Shown: positions 24,620-37,597, counted from the first letter of the stretch. The stretch is DNA of 64,000 bases from Selaginella moellendorffii (GCF_000143415.4 NW_003314272.1:1806374-1870373); one strand, 5' to 3'. Made by a program: numbers and translations. The notes: generated by a model from the letters alone, not told the origin.

Positions 24620-25921
24620 ATGGATCATCTGCATGAGCATCAACGCTCCACAATCGATCGTCACCATGAATTTGAAAACCAGGGATTTGTAGAAGAGGAA
24701 GAGGAGGCGGGCGCCAAGGGCGCGGGAGAGGGCGGCGAGGGCGCGCATGGATTCCAGGAGGAGGAAGACGATGGCGCTGGCGATGGCGCTGGCGATGGCG
24801 ATGGCGCCATGGTGGATCTCGAGGAGGAGGAGCCCGTCATGGATGAGGAGCATGCAGGAGGGAGCCAGCTTACTCTCTCGTACCAGGGCGAGGTCTATCT
24901 CTTCGAGAACGTCCCCGTGGAAAAGGTACGAGATTTCTGTCGCCCTACTCCCTCCCCGGAAGGATTTCTTGGTGTTTCTTCTACGTTCTTGGGGAAATTT
25001 TTCTTTCTCCTTTGTTTGCTCTCATATTTTTGTGTTCTTGTTGGTTTCCAGGTCCATGACGTTTTGACGGTTCTGGGTGGACAGGAGATCCAATCCTTCA
25101 CCAATGTACCTAGTTATCTCGCATATCCTAAGGTGTTTGGATCGATCACTCCCTTTTATTTTTCCAGTGTTGTAACTTATTCTTCTTTTCTTCGCTTTTT
25201 CCAGAATCAAAGCTTGCTGGAACCACCCGGGCCTGGGCAGCGATTAAATCCGAGGGACAGAGAAGAATACATCCGCAGGTACCGTGAGAAGCGAGAGAGG
25301 CGGATATGGGGGAAGAGAATTCTCTACTCGGTGAGAAGCAATGTAGCCGTGAAGATGAACCGGCACAAAGGCCAGTTTGCTCCCTTCAAGGTCAAAGAGG
25401 AAGAGTCCGAGGAGAAGCCGGCAACTTCGACTCCGGCAGTAGAGACTGTGTAAGCTGGTTTTATTTTTTCCTTCACTCTGGTTACTCAAAGCTATGGATC
25501 TTTTTCTTCCTTGTTTACCGCAGTTGCCAGGGCTGTGGATGTGCATCTGGAACAACACCGATGATGCGAAAAGGTCCAGCCGGACCAAAGACGCTGTGTA
25601 ATGCCTGCGGTCTTATGTGGGCAAATAAGGTACGTGTTTTGGCGTTTGGAACGAAAGCAAGAACATATATTCCGTGAACGTTTATTGCAGGGTGTCCTGA
25701 AAAGCTCGCAAGTTCGGGAACAAAAGACACCACAGCAGCCACTGCAACACCAACAGCACCAACAACAACAGGATGATCTGGTGCCGTGCCAAAACTCATC
25801 ACCCAAGGTACGTGTGTCCCTCTTGCACTGTTCCATTTGGTTTTCCGGTTGAAAGCCACTTTCTGAAACATGCTCTGTCCAGGTACCCAGGGGCACCAAG
25901 AGAAAGACACGAGCAACATAA
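24620..25921 (+). CDS. ZIM/ZML-type GATA transcription factor (TIFY + CCT + C-X2-C-X20-C-X2-C finger)
   Basis: [13 protein letters not shown] (TIFY), [10 protein letters not shown]...ILYSVR...MNRHKGQF (CCT) and CQGCG...[26 protein letters not shown]. Confidence 0.92.
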
Positions 25922-26096
25922 CTTTCCTCTCCTCCGATTTCGAATTTTTTGGTTTCGAGAATACACACATAAAAACGGGACACGAATTACTTGCTCACAC
26001 TTGTACGTACGTTCTCCTCGTCTCTCTTTCTTACTTGGTGCGTGTTTGATCCTGGAAGGATTGAATCAACGTCCAGAGAATTCCAGCAGCTTCTTG

Positions 26097-26450
26097 ACGT
26101 GTCGTCTCGATCCCGGTCACGTGAACACCCGGCGCATTAGCACGTCACAGTGCGAAGATCATCGCCAAAGTGCTTACAACTCCGAGTTGATCCCAAAGTC
26201 ACCGCCGCTTCCCAGCGAGGCACGTAACACCAGGCGCTGTCAAGAAAAAACTTCTCTCACTCGAGAGAGAGAGAGAAAGAGAGAGAGGAGATCCAAGTTT
26301 GCGGCTCTAAACCAACTTCTACACGCCATTTTAACGCGAGAAACACACAAGACAAGCCAAGATTTCGTGAGGCTTTGGCAAAGCGCATGGGCCTTTTGCT
26401 TGCATTGGTAGCCAAGAGTGGCTACGTGTAGTCCACCGGGGCCCCACGTA
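26097..26450 (+). promoter_or_regulatory. Cluster of ACGT-core elements (ABRE, G-box) upstream of SGR
   Basis: ACGTGTC 26097-26103, CACGTG 26118-26123, CACGTC ~26141, CACGTA ~26221, TACGTG ~26423 and CCACGTA ~26444. Confidence 0.45.
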
Positions 26451-26889
26451 GCACCTTCCGCCACCGTCAGATAGATCTCCCCGGCTTTTGTGACGCGTCC
26501 CGCCATCCGGCCGTTGATTTGCCGTCAGTGGTGCGGATATTCTGTGTGGGTGCTGACGGCGTCAAATCTCTTCCTTGGTGGCTTCAAACAAGAGGAGAGA
26601 AGCGAAGGTATAGCGCGCAAACAAGAGCTCCAAACACTGCGGGAGGAGAGAGGAGGCGTGTGAGAGTTTCGCATTCTAGATTTTTATAGGCGGCGCGAGA
26701 AATCTTCTGTGTTCTTGTTTTCTCCAAGAGCTAGAGCTAGCGCATTCCAGGGAGGATTCGCGGCAAATCGGTGGCAATGCAAGGCTTGTAACAAGCAGAG
26801 AAATCTTTGTTTTGTTCCGACAGGGATTCTCCACGAATCTAGCGCGAGCTTAAACAACTAGTAGACTAGATTTTTTTAATTTGTTCGTC

Positions 26890-28103
26890 ATGGCGGTGGC
26901 CTCCTTGGAAGTAGCACTGAGTCTTTGCTCTACCTCCAGTGGCACCGACTCAAGAACAGGGCTCCATAGATCCAAGACGGCGATGGTGTCGCAGTTCTTG
27001 AGCTCGAGGAGCTGCCAGAGACTGCTGCTCACTTCTCGGCAGATCAGGAACGCGTCTAGAAGGATCTCGCCGGTAGTGGTAAGTTTCTTTGTCTTCAAGT
27101 CATAGAGCATCTATAGATTCATCTTGTGCGTCGCAGGAGGCTCGATTGTTTGGGCCAGCGATCTTCGAGGCGTCCAAGCTCAAAGTCTTGTTTCTGGGAG
27201 AAGATCATGACAAGCACCCCTCAAAGTCTCCCAGGACGTACACGCTCACGCACAGCGACATCACCGCCAAGCTCACGCTGGCGATCTCGCGAGAGATCAA
27301 CAAAGCACAGGTGAGTGACTGGAGATCATAGTTCTTTTGTTCTCGATTTTGGTGAACATGGAATGGAACCTCATGAATGATTGATTGATTGTGCCTGCGC
27401 AGATCATGGGGTGGTATAGCAGGCTCCAAAGAGACGAAGTTTTGGCCGAGTGGAAGCAAACCAAGGGCGAGATGTCGCTACATGTGCATTGCCATATCAG
27501 TGGTGGCCACTGGATGCTCGACGCCATCGCTCCTCTTCGATTCTACATCTTTCGCAAGGAACTCCCAGTCGTAAGTTCTTCCCGAGTGTTCTTCCACAAA
27601 CTTCGAAACGACTAAAGAATTCCTTCCTTTTTACCAGGTTCTGGAAGCATTTCGGCATGGGGACGAACCTCTCTTCCGGAATCATCCAGGTACGGTAGCC
27701 ACAGACTTTTCCATTGGAAAGCAAAGTTTTTTTTTCTAAAATTTCTGAACTTTAGAGCTGGAGGGAGCGCTGGTTTGGGTCTACTTCCATTCCAACGTGA
27801 GTGAATACAACAAAGTCGAGTGCTGGGGACCTCTTCGCAACGCTGCAAAGGTATTCAACCACAAACTTCCCTTAGAACTCAGTCTTCCTAAACTCAGTTC
27901 TCTCTTTCTCATCACAGACTGGATCAGAGGCTGCCAAACAGGCAATCCAGGAAGCCATCAAAGAGATCGAGAAACCATGGCACAGCTGCACGGGCCCCTG
28001 CACTTGCTGCTCCAGAAACTCCCTCATTCCGGTTCCACAATCTCTACTCGAGGCATCATCGCCATCGATCTCGACTCAGTCGTCTCCTTCGCCTGATGCG
28101 TGA
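26890..28103 (+). CDS. SGR: STAY-GREEN Mg-dechelatase, plastid-targeted
   Basis: Ser-rich transit peptide, ARLFGPAIFEASKLKVLFLG, PRTYTLTHSDITAKLTLAIS, LHVHCHISGGH, ECWGPL and Cys-rich tail PWHSCTGPCTCC. Confidence 0.95.
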
Positions 28104-28310
28104 CAAGGAAACTAACAAAGCCTTGTTCGTCGCAAGGTAGGCCATTTTGTACAGTAAAAGGACAAAGAAACAGAGAAAAAGAGGAGCCATTCTGGAATGG
28201 CACTCAATTCTGTATTAAACTTTCAGTTCAACACGAATTGTATTCTTGTATTTTGAATGCACCAACCCGATCTGAGAGAGAGAAGGGAAGTTGGTTGGAT
28301 TGGAGCATGA

Positions 28311-28482
28311 AGAACACGTGGAGTGAATTAGGTATTGATCTTTAACTTTGAATATGTTTAAGATGATATGATTTAATTTTGTCAAATTTAGGGTTCAGAA
28401 CACGGAGTGAATTAAGTATTGATCTTTAACTTTGAATATGTTTAAGATTATATATGATTTAATTTTGTCAAATTTAGGGTTC
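28311..28482 (+). repeat. Two-copy ~86-bp AT-rich tandem direct repeat
   Basis: agaacacg(t)ggagtgaatta...gtcaaatttagggttc at 28311-28396 and 28397-28482 with only a few differences. Confidence 0.9.
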
Positions 28483-29001
28483 ATGGCTATGACGAGCTTG
28501 GCGCCCGAAGAAGAAGAAGAGGCCCCCGTGGAGAATGTAGCGCCACCCCAGCAGGCGGCCACCACTTCTGATCTGTTTAATTGCCTTCACGCCATCTTGA
28601 ATCAGGTAGAGCTAGCTTTCAAGTCTGGATTTGATTGGTGCTACCTCCTTTGAATTGGCAGTTCGAGGAGGCTGAAGGGGCTGCCGATTTGGAGCTCCGG
28701 GACAAGCTCAGTGATCTCTTCGCCGAAACGAGCAAAGTTCCTGCTCCTGCGGAGGATGTAAGAGTTTTTTTTTTTACCTTCTTGTTGTTCACCGTGTGTG
28801 TGTTTTGTTTGTGAATAGATCGAGAACCAGCTTAGCGATTTGAGCGAGAGGATGGAACTCTTGGAAGCCAAAGTCGCGGAACTGGCCCAGGACGAAGAGG
28901 CCGAGAGCCTCTTGAGAGAGACTTCTAAGCTGTGGATGCCAGTCATCACGGGGGAGCGATCAAACGCCATGGCCTCGTCGCCTCCAGACGAAAGTAGATA
29001 G
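28483..29001 (+). CDS. Small acidic coiled-coil protein of unknown function (3 exons, ~133 aa)
   Basis: Exons 28483-28605, 28662-28757 and 28819-29001 join in phase 0 via GT-AG introns. Ends LLRETSKLWMPVITGERS...ESR*. Missed by the ORF track. Confidence 0.7.
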
Positions 29002-29173
29002 TACTTTCAAAGCTCATACATCTTTGAGGCTTCCATTGACAGCTTAGCTTCCAAGACATAGATCCTCGACCATCTTCGTGCTTGAAGAAAGCTTGGAAGG
29101 CATTCAAGATGTCCAACAAGAGTCTTCGAGGACGATAATAACGTGTAACAAGTTGAGGACGCTCGTCTATCTT

Positions 29174-30481
29174 CTATCTAGCATAGAGCCAAAACACCGC
29201 CGAAAACGTGGTGTTGGAAACTTGGCCGGTCGCTGGGCGAGGAGTCAATGGCTCCAGCGGAGATGCCGAGGTTGAAACCTTGCTTTCGCTCGACGATGGC
29301 GGCATTCCACCCCTCGTTGACACCATCTGGACATGGCTTAACGGTCCCAGCAGCGATCTGTGCGGCAAAGAATCACAAGTTACTACAAAGCTAGAAAACG
29401 AGAAAGCTCGAAAACTCACGCATTTCCCCAGGTGTGTGTGACGTGATTCAACGTCCAAGGCATGCAGTTCTCGGCGACTTGCACGGATCCACCACTGCTT
29501 GACCCGCGAATTCCAAAGCCATTGGGATTGAAAAGCTCCCACACCAAGCTGGTGCTGCTGTTCTTCATGGAGTGCTGGCCGACGACGCTGCCACCGGGAA
29601 CGTCGTATAACTTTGCTTTCCACTCTCGCACCTCCCAGGCTGTCCCATTGTAGACGTGACACACGACGCCTTTGGAGAAGAATCCTTCCACCAGCTTCTC
29701 GCCAGACACTCGAACTTCCGCGGGGGTGTCCGCCGGTGGAACTTTGTCTTGTGACCACAGCCAGTATTCCGCTTCATACGGGACCTCTCTTGCTCTGGAG
29801 CCTCGCTTGCATTTCTTCCCGGACAGTAAACCCGTCGTCTTGCCTGGAAACCTCTGAATGTAGGAGATTGTGGAAGCTATTCCAGCGTGCTTGTGGTCGG
29901 ATGCTTCCGCCAACGCGCTGGAGCATCCATCTCCCGCTTCCTCGCTTGCTATCTCCGTCCCTGATCGGAAGTTTGTGAGCAAACCGTCGAGGGAAAGAAA
30001 AAAGAGATTCACCTGAGACGACGCTCGTCTGGAAGCCAGACTCTGCATACACTGCCGGACTGTTGATTAAAGACCAAGTGCCCCCAGAATGAGAACGGTG
30101 GCTATAGTAGTAGGATCCAAATTTGATCGTGGTATTCTTCTCGGCATTCACCAGCTCGGCGGTGGCGTTGAGTAACTTCCATTGCCCTGCAAAGCAACCG
30201 TACGTCTGCTTGCCATTGCAAGTCAAGAGCTTTAGCTGCAAGCTGCCAAGCAAACGCTTTGGTTACACGATTACAAGCAGAAGGAAAAAAGTTACTCTTG
30301 TAACTTTGATGTACCTGTTCCCTGGAGGAGGGGAGAGATCATTGAGAGCAAGGGAAGGCCAGGCATAAACTAACTCGTTGGATACGATGATTACGAACAG
30401 CAGAACGAGTAGCTCTTCTTGTCGGAGATCTCTTCGCATGTTGACGACGGTCCTCTTAGGAAAAGGGATTTCGTTCTTCAT
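29174..30481 (-). CDS. Secreted protein with two tandem DUF3455-like domains (4 exons)
   Basis: Hydrophobic N-terminus. Domain 1 PPPGN..GKQTYGC..W..A.L..SYIQR..C..VPYEAEYWLW. Domain 2 GVVCHVY..W..LYDVPGGSVVGQH..MPW..SHVQMVSTRGGMPP..FSAVFWLY. Confidence 0.75.
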
Positions 30482-31027
30482 CGCTTCGCTTCATCTGCTT
30501 AAAACATGAGAAGACCAAGACAGCTAAAAATCAATACGCACTTACGTATCATTCAATGGAGCACTAAAAGAGATCCATTCAAGATTGACAGTCACTCGAC
30601 TTGATGACCATCACAATCTCCTTCACCTGTTGAATCAAAGCAGGTAGACGAGCAGCCGACTGGTGTAACGTTTAGCAAAACGTTTAAAGGAAGCGACTCT
30701 AGTAAGCGGTAGTGGAACAACACAAAGACCCATCCACCTCGTACTCAACCAATGGTTAATCACTGAACTATGTTCACCTTCACGGGATTCCTGTCACTAC
30801 CATAAGCGACAATTCCGCATAATTCCAGAGCTCTGCTTCCTCTGCTCCTGCACCGGAAAAGAAAAAGTTACCACAGGTGCACGAGAACAACAGGAGGAGC
30901 AACGCTTCCATCAGTAAGAACTGTGTTTGAGATTGCCATGAGAAAAAAAAAGAACTTGCTTACACTCTAAGAGACCTCTTCAACCGTGCCTTCTGTTTTG
31001 GTTGATCTCAGTGGTGCTGCTACTTCC

Positions 31028-33320
31028 CTACTCGCACTTGATTGCCTTGTATATGTGTCGAACAAAGAGGAGAGACGCTTGGTAGCCGACAGTACCGAGC
31101 ATTAGGAAAAAGCCATAGCAGACACACGCCATGTAGCCAAAGTAGAACGATGTCTGCATCAAGCCGGTCATATCAGACCTGGCGAAGTAGTAGTAGAAGC
31201 AGTAGCCGTAGACGAAGAAAGCGGTCGAGCCACCACAAAAAATGGACCTGGCACGATGCATGCCAACAGAATCAGTATGAAACTGCTTGCATAGACAGGT
31301 ACTGCTTCTTACCTCCACCACCAAGTGTGGTCCTCCATGGCCAGCTGAAAGTACGTCAGAGAGATCGTGATGAAAGCCGTGACGATTATCAGTATGATGA
31401 ACACCACAAAAAGTATGCTGTAAATCGTGTAGATTTTGTGTCCCCACACACTCGCAAATATGTAGTAAAGCTCGATGTAGATTGCACTAAACGGGAGAAA
31501 TCCTGCCATGCACATCTGCAAGGGATCACGGATAAATAACCCCGAGAGTCTTCCAAGTGATGGTATTTACCTGGGGAATAGTCCTCCTAAACCACGGCAA
31601 GGATGGAACTTCACGAGGAAATTTATTTGTCCGGCAAGGAGCATAAAACTCCTCCTTGCTATTCTTGCCAACGATCCCACCAAGAACCTAAGGAAGTACT
31701 TCATGAATACACGTTTAGGACGGCAAGTTATGGCGCTCACAGTTAATGGCAGCGTCACGAGAGCCCAAATGATTGTGATGACAAGAATTGTACCGATGGG
31801 AAGTGCAGCAGTAGCATTGTAGGCGATAGCCACAGAATTGTTGAAGCAAAAGGCTAAGAACAGCGGGCCACAAAACAATGATGCTGTCAATAACAAATTC
31901 CGAACCTGAAAAGAACATCCATGAGAAGGAGCTTCCAAGTCACAGCAATTTTGCCTTACCCATTTATCTCCCCCCATTTGCCTGTACAACTTGGAGGAGA
32001 CGTAGCCGGAAATGCCAGCAGTAAGCGCATATATAATGAGGCAAGCCGTGTTGAGGGAGCCACGGTTGTATGGATAGAATACTCCCACTAAGGCCAGCAT
32101 GAAGACGCAAAAGACGAGAACCAGGAGCTGAGTGCCGCTTCCAATGACCGCCGCAAAAACACTGCGAAGCGTAAAAACAACGTTAGACTTCAGTTCATGT
32201 GCAAGACGCGACGTACTTTGGATGAGGAGGAAATCGAAAGACATCACCATGTATATATTTCCATCCCGTCTCGTCCGAACCTTCTTCATCTTCCTTGGCG
32301 TACCTAGATGAAGAACAACAAAAAAGATCAAGTCTCAGCTGGAAATCAAACCAATGGATGAACTTACTTGACAAAGTCATTCTTCAATACTCGCATGAAA
32401 ATCGTAGTCAGGAACCCCGTTAACAGAAGAACCGTAACACACGAGTTGACGATAGAGAACCAGTGAATCTCAAGATGTTGTGGCAGAAACGAGTACTTCT
32501 GGTATTTCTCCATTCGCCTCTCGAATGGAACAGTAGTTTCGGCCCAGGTGACGGAATATGTAAAGTCAACTGGGACTGGATCGTCATTCGTGATCTCGAT
32601 GGCTTTAGCCGGGTCTGTAGAAACAGCGATCTCAATCACTCGTTTGCCGTTAAAGCGAACCTCAAAGTGGACGTGAGTGAACAGCATGTAGTGCTTTTGT
32701 TTATCAAAGAGCTCAAACCTTCCAATAAATCCCCAGAGCGGCAGATCGTCGAAGAACATCTACAAGCCAAAGTAGAAAATCAGTAAGGGTCACCAAACAG
32801 TTCCGTCACCTGGAAATAATAGTCATTCTCCACAGCTTTGCGAAACCGTTCCTTGTCCTTCCTGTCGAGAGTTGCCGAGCAAAGCTTTTGCACGTCCTTC
32901 TTCTCCTTGAAGTTAATCTCGTACACAGTGGACACCAGGCGATCTCCCTCAAGGAGCTCCCCCATGGCTTCTTTCTTGTGCTTCACCTCCGCGGGAGCAC
33001 AGAATGGAAGATCATAGTACTGATAAGTCTCGCTAAACAAGAAAAACAAAAGAAAACCACGTTTTTGTCTCAGAAAACGAAAAGAATTCCCAGCAAAGAA
33101 CTACTTCGCTCTCAAATCTAGCAGCGAAAAGAAAGATCTCTCGCCAGCCATACCTCGGGTTGTGGAAAGGCCCGACTTTATTCGCGTACAGGGGCACCTT
33201 ATCGCCATCATTGTACGAGTGAGCTGCATCAAGCAAGGCGCGGCCAGATCCGAGAGTCAAAGCCGCGCAGCAGCAGCACAATGATAGTAATCCCAGCAGG
33301 AAATGCAGCTGCGGATCCAT
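31028..33320 (-). CDS. Transmembrane 9 superfamily / EMP70 protein (TMN)
   Basis: [59 protein letters not shown] and C-terminal KXD/E Golgi-retention motif YKAIKCE*. Confidence 0.96.
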
Positions 33321-34343
33321 TCGCGCCTATCGATCTTCCCTCCTGGAGCAAGATCTACCAGGATGTCGTCGCTTCCATCCACCGAAATCCCCCAAACCCT
33401 AACCTACTAGTGGAAAGAGAAAGAAAGACAAGGACAAGTCGCCAGTTCGATCCCTGGGCCCTGGCATGCTGGAGAACAGAAAAAAATTATGTATGGGGGG
33501 TCAAATAGTTTCTAAGTACAATAGTAGAAGAAGAGCTCCTCAATGTATCCAAAATTTTGAGCAGCGTTTTCATGAGATGGAGGAAAGTTGAGAGATGGAT
33601 TGGATCTTCCACGCGAGGACTCATCCGAGAGATCCTCCCGAGCTCTTGGGAGGAAGAACGAGAGAACTCGGGGAGGGAAAACGAGAGGTAAATAATGTCG
33701 CAGCTGGTTTCCGGTGTAAGTCTGTGTCAATTGTTGGTCGAGAGTATGAAAGTTTTCTCCTCTAGCAGTCAGCGGAGGGCTGCAAAAAGGGGACAAAGTT
33801 CGTCAGGAACATCAAAATCCAAGAGAAAAAAGACAGGAAAATGATTAAAAAAAAACAGCAAAAGTTCCGCGCTGCAAATTCTGGGACTTCGCTAGTCAGA
33901 TCGATGCAGAAGAAAAAACCAGCAAATCTAATACACCAGAAAACCATTTTAATTCTGCTCGAAAAAAAAAAAATAAAGCCAGGAAAACATCACGCACGCT
34001 TCAAGTCAAACACCTCGCAAAACATCGAAACAATTCTAAGATCTTCTAAGATCTACGCAAAAACCGAAAAAAAAAACGTGGAACATTCCAAGCACTAAGG
34101 AAGCGTAACACCATTTTATCCACCACCACCTTAAACTAAAAACAATAGCCATCTCAATCAGAGAACTCTACACAAGCAAGGCAAGAACTCCACGCAATTA
34201 CACTTCCAAAAACTCTCACAACCAATTGCTAGAGAGAACCTACTCGAGCAAAGAACTATCGAAAACGAAACAAAGAGAAGTCCACGAACACAACTCACGC
34301 AAGAAGAAGAAAAGCAAAAAGAAGTAAGAGTTCGGACTGGAAT

Positions 34344-36510
34344 CTACGCCATACCTCCGAAAAGTGTAGTGGAGCCGTAAATCTGTGAGGGGTCAAGGTA
34401 CCCGGAGCTCGAAGGCATGCTACTCCGGCTGGCTCCCAGCTGAAGATCCGCGAGCCCGGCGATGGGAGCGGCCTGGTGAGCAACACCACCCGGAGCGGCA
34501 GCCGCCGGAGCAGCAGCCGCGGCGGAGGGAGCCTCGACGCCTTGATCATACAGCACGCCTTTGAAGACGTGACCACCGATCTTCACAGTCGCCTGGTACG
34601 CGTACTCGTTCTCGCCATCCTCGATGCCCGTCACCTTGACGCACTTGAACAGGGCCTGGGCGCGGACCTCGGGCGGTAGAACGCCGCGGTAACTGGACGC
34701 TGCAGTGTACAAAGGTAGGAATACTGTGTCACCAAGGTTGCTTGTTAACGACAAAGCGAGAGAGCGCTCGGGCATTCTAAGATCGCAGAAAAGATGGTGC
34801 AATGCCAAGATTCGAGCGAGCGGGCGAGCGCTATATCTTCGGGAGCTCTCGATCGATCCAATCAAGCCCAGGCAGCCATCAATCAATCACAGTCCCGGAT
34901 CCTGGCTTTCCTGGATTCCAATGCATCCATGAATGCAGTCATAACTAGAGACAGCGCGGGCGCGCTGCCTCTATCATCAAGCGAATCAAACCTCACGATC
35001 ACAGCCACCGAAATTCCCCACGCATGCACTCAATCCAACCATCACGATCGCGAACCCAGCCGCAAGAACACAAACAAAGAGAAAGGATCCAATCCACGAT
35101 CATTCAAAACCATGCTTGGCTATGGAAGAAAAATCTGAAGTGGAGAGATGGAGCAAAGAGAGAGGACCAACCTGGAAGATCCGCGGAGCTCCGGGGAGAC
35201 GAGGGCCCGGGCAAGCCCAGCAGCGACGAAGGATTGGCGGTCATCCCACCGCCAACTTGGGCGGCGGCGGACGAGGATCCTCCGCCCAGCGCCAGGGATC
35301 TCGTGCGCTTGGATCTCGGGCGGGGCTGGCCGGCGGCGATGGCGGCCGCCTCGAGCGCCTGCCTCTCCCGGCGCTTGGCGGCGGGGACCCAGGTGCTCTT
35401 GACGTGGGTGGAGCAATCGTAGTTGCGGCTCTTGCAGCACGTCCGGCAGCGCTGGAATTGGCAGTCCTTCTTGGCCTGGTTGCCGCATTCCTTGCACGTC
35501 GCGCCGCCGGGCTGGTGGCCGCGCCCGTGAGGCCGCGACGACGAAGAATCCGTGCCTTGCTGCTGCTGCTGCTGCTGCGAGGGGCTTGGATTCTGGGATT
35601 GGATGAGCGCGACGCTGGTGATGGGATTCTGCTGTGCTTGCTGCTGGGCGCCGCCCTGGATCTGGACGAGCTGGAGGGGATGAGGATTCTTCTCCTGCGC
35701 CGCCGCCGCCGCCGCTTCCAGGGAGAAGCGCTCCGCCAGCGGCACCACGTCGATTCCCCGCGCACCGGACAATTCGCGCACGGATGGTGGTGGCGCTGAT
35801 GCCCACGGCGCGTGGTGGTGGTGGTGGTGGTGGTGGGGATGATCCGCCACCGACTTGGGATCCGGCGCACCGCCCACCGCCGCCGCCGCCGCCTCGAGCC
35901 CCGTCCGGAGCAGCCCAATCCCTCCCACATTGCGCGTCGTCTCGTACGCCTCGAAGCTCGCCACTCGCGATCCCTGTCCTCCCTGATCGCCGCCTTGCTC
36001 GCCCGGGTGGTGGTGATGGTGGTGCGCATGCTCGCTGGATCCTCGCAAGCTCGCTCGCTGGTGCTGTTGGTGCAGCTGGTGGTATCCGAATTCCTCCGAC
36101 GCTGGCCCGCGGCCAAGGATGTCGCGGAGATGGAGGTGGTGGTGAGGCGCGAGTCCGAGGCCGCTAGCGCCACCGCCACCATCACCACCCCCGCCACCGC
36201 CACCCCCTCCCGGCCCCAATCCGCCGTCGCCAGGGCTGGGGTGACTCCCCACGAAACCATAGCCGACCGCGCGGCCCCATCCATCGCTACCGCCAGCGCC
36301 CGACGCGGCGGACTGGATGACACCCCCGTGGTGATCGTGCTCGCCGGGGCCGCCGGGATCCAGCAGCCAATCTCGAGAGGAAGGAACGATCCATGGTGGA
36401 GTAGTGGAGCCGCCGCCGCTGCTGCTTGCGCCGATCAAGTCCCGGGTGGTGGTGCTACTGCCGGTTCGTGATTCCACCACAGCAGGCGCCACCGCTGCTG
36501 GATTCTTCTC
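34344..36510 (-). CDS. SHI/STY (SRS/LRP1) family transcription factor; 5' end unresolved
   Basis: RING-like finger [46 protein letters not shown] and IGGH domain [22 protein letters not shown]. Intron ~34703..35170. Confidence 0.92.
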
Positions 36511-37320
36511 CTGTGCTGATCGAAATGCATAAACAATCTCTCTAGCTAGCTTCGCCCTCTCCGCGAGCACTGCTTCCTCTCTCCCGGCGGTACGATTCCT
36601 TTGTCGGGCTAGACTCGTCGGACCATCGCAGGGAATTCAGCCCGGGAGCTACGAAAGAATTCTTTTTCTCCTTTTCGCCGCGGCGATCTAGAGCTGCCAG
36701 AGAGCTCGGGTCGAGCAGCGCAGCAGCAGTGGTAGTACTACTGCTATGTAGCCCAGCTACGACGATCTCACGCGGAGAAGTTCACGACCTCCAAGAACAA
36801 CACTGCAATTCCTATATCGTGGTCCAAGATCAAACGAATTCTCGTCGAGTACCCGGTAGATCATGTAGACTCCCTAGTCGTCACGGCATCATCAAGCTGA
36901 GAAACACCTGGAATCTCCTCGATCTTCCTCGCCTCCTCCTCGATCGATGCTCCTCCTAGCCACCGATCGGTCGTGCTCGTACTTAGCTCACACAGTCACG
37001 GATGACCTCGCTGCGATCGTCATGGAGCAGTGGCAGTAGTGGCATCTACTGTTCCCGGTGGAGCTTTTGCTACGACGGACAACCTAAGAGAATGAAGACG
37101 AGGAGTAGCCGTCGGGATCCAACACCATCATCATCAGCCAGCTCGAATTTGGAGCAAAACGAGAGAGAGAGAGAGAGAGAAAGAAGTGTAAGATAAGATG
37201 CTTTTGCGTTGCTTTGGAACTCTCTCTTCCTCTCTTTTTCCACAGAACCGGGAAGACGGCGAGATTCCTTCCTGTTCCTCCTCCTTTCACCTCCCCCTCG
37301 ATCGATCAAGCTCCCGCTCT

Positions 37321-37329
37321 AATATATAG
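37321..37329 (-). promoter_or_regulatory. Candidate TATA box for the SHI/STY gene
   Basis: CTATATATT on the minus strand, followed by a GA/CT-rich leader. Confidence 0.35.
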
Positions 37330-37566
37330 AGCTAGGCTCCTACAATGAGTCGCAATGATCCTTCTCCGCGAAAGCGAGCTAGCTCTCGGAGAAAAGCAAA
37401 GCCAGGCTATTGCTATTAATCTAACTACACGGGATCCAAATCCACCAGCATTTGACACGAATTTTGGCTCCTCCCCGGTGGATCAACTCAACAAGGCCGC
37501 GCGAGCGACGAAGCACACACACTATCTCTAGCTCTAGCATCACCTTGTATAAACACTACTACTACA

Positions 37567-37597
<31 letters not shown>

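Noticed and set aside
28311-28482. CRISPR-like array
   Set aside because: Only two adjacent units without spacers, in a eukaryotic context with no cas genes.
35241-36323. 360-aa Arg/Thr-rich alternative-frame ORF in SHI/STY
   Set aside because: Low-complexity frame shadow of His/Gly/Ala repeats.
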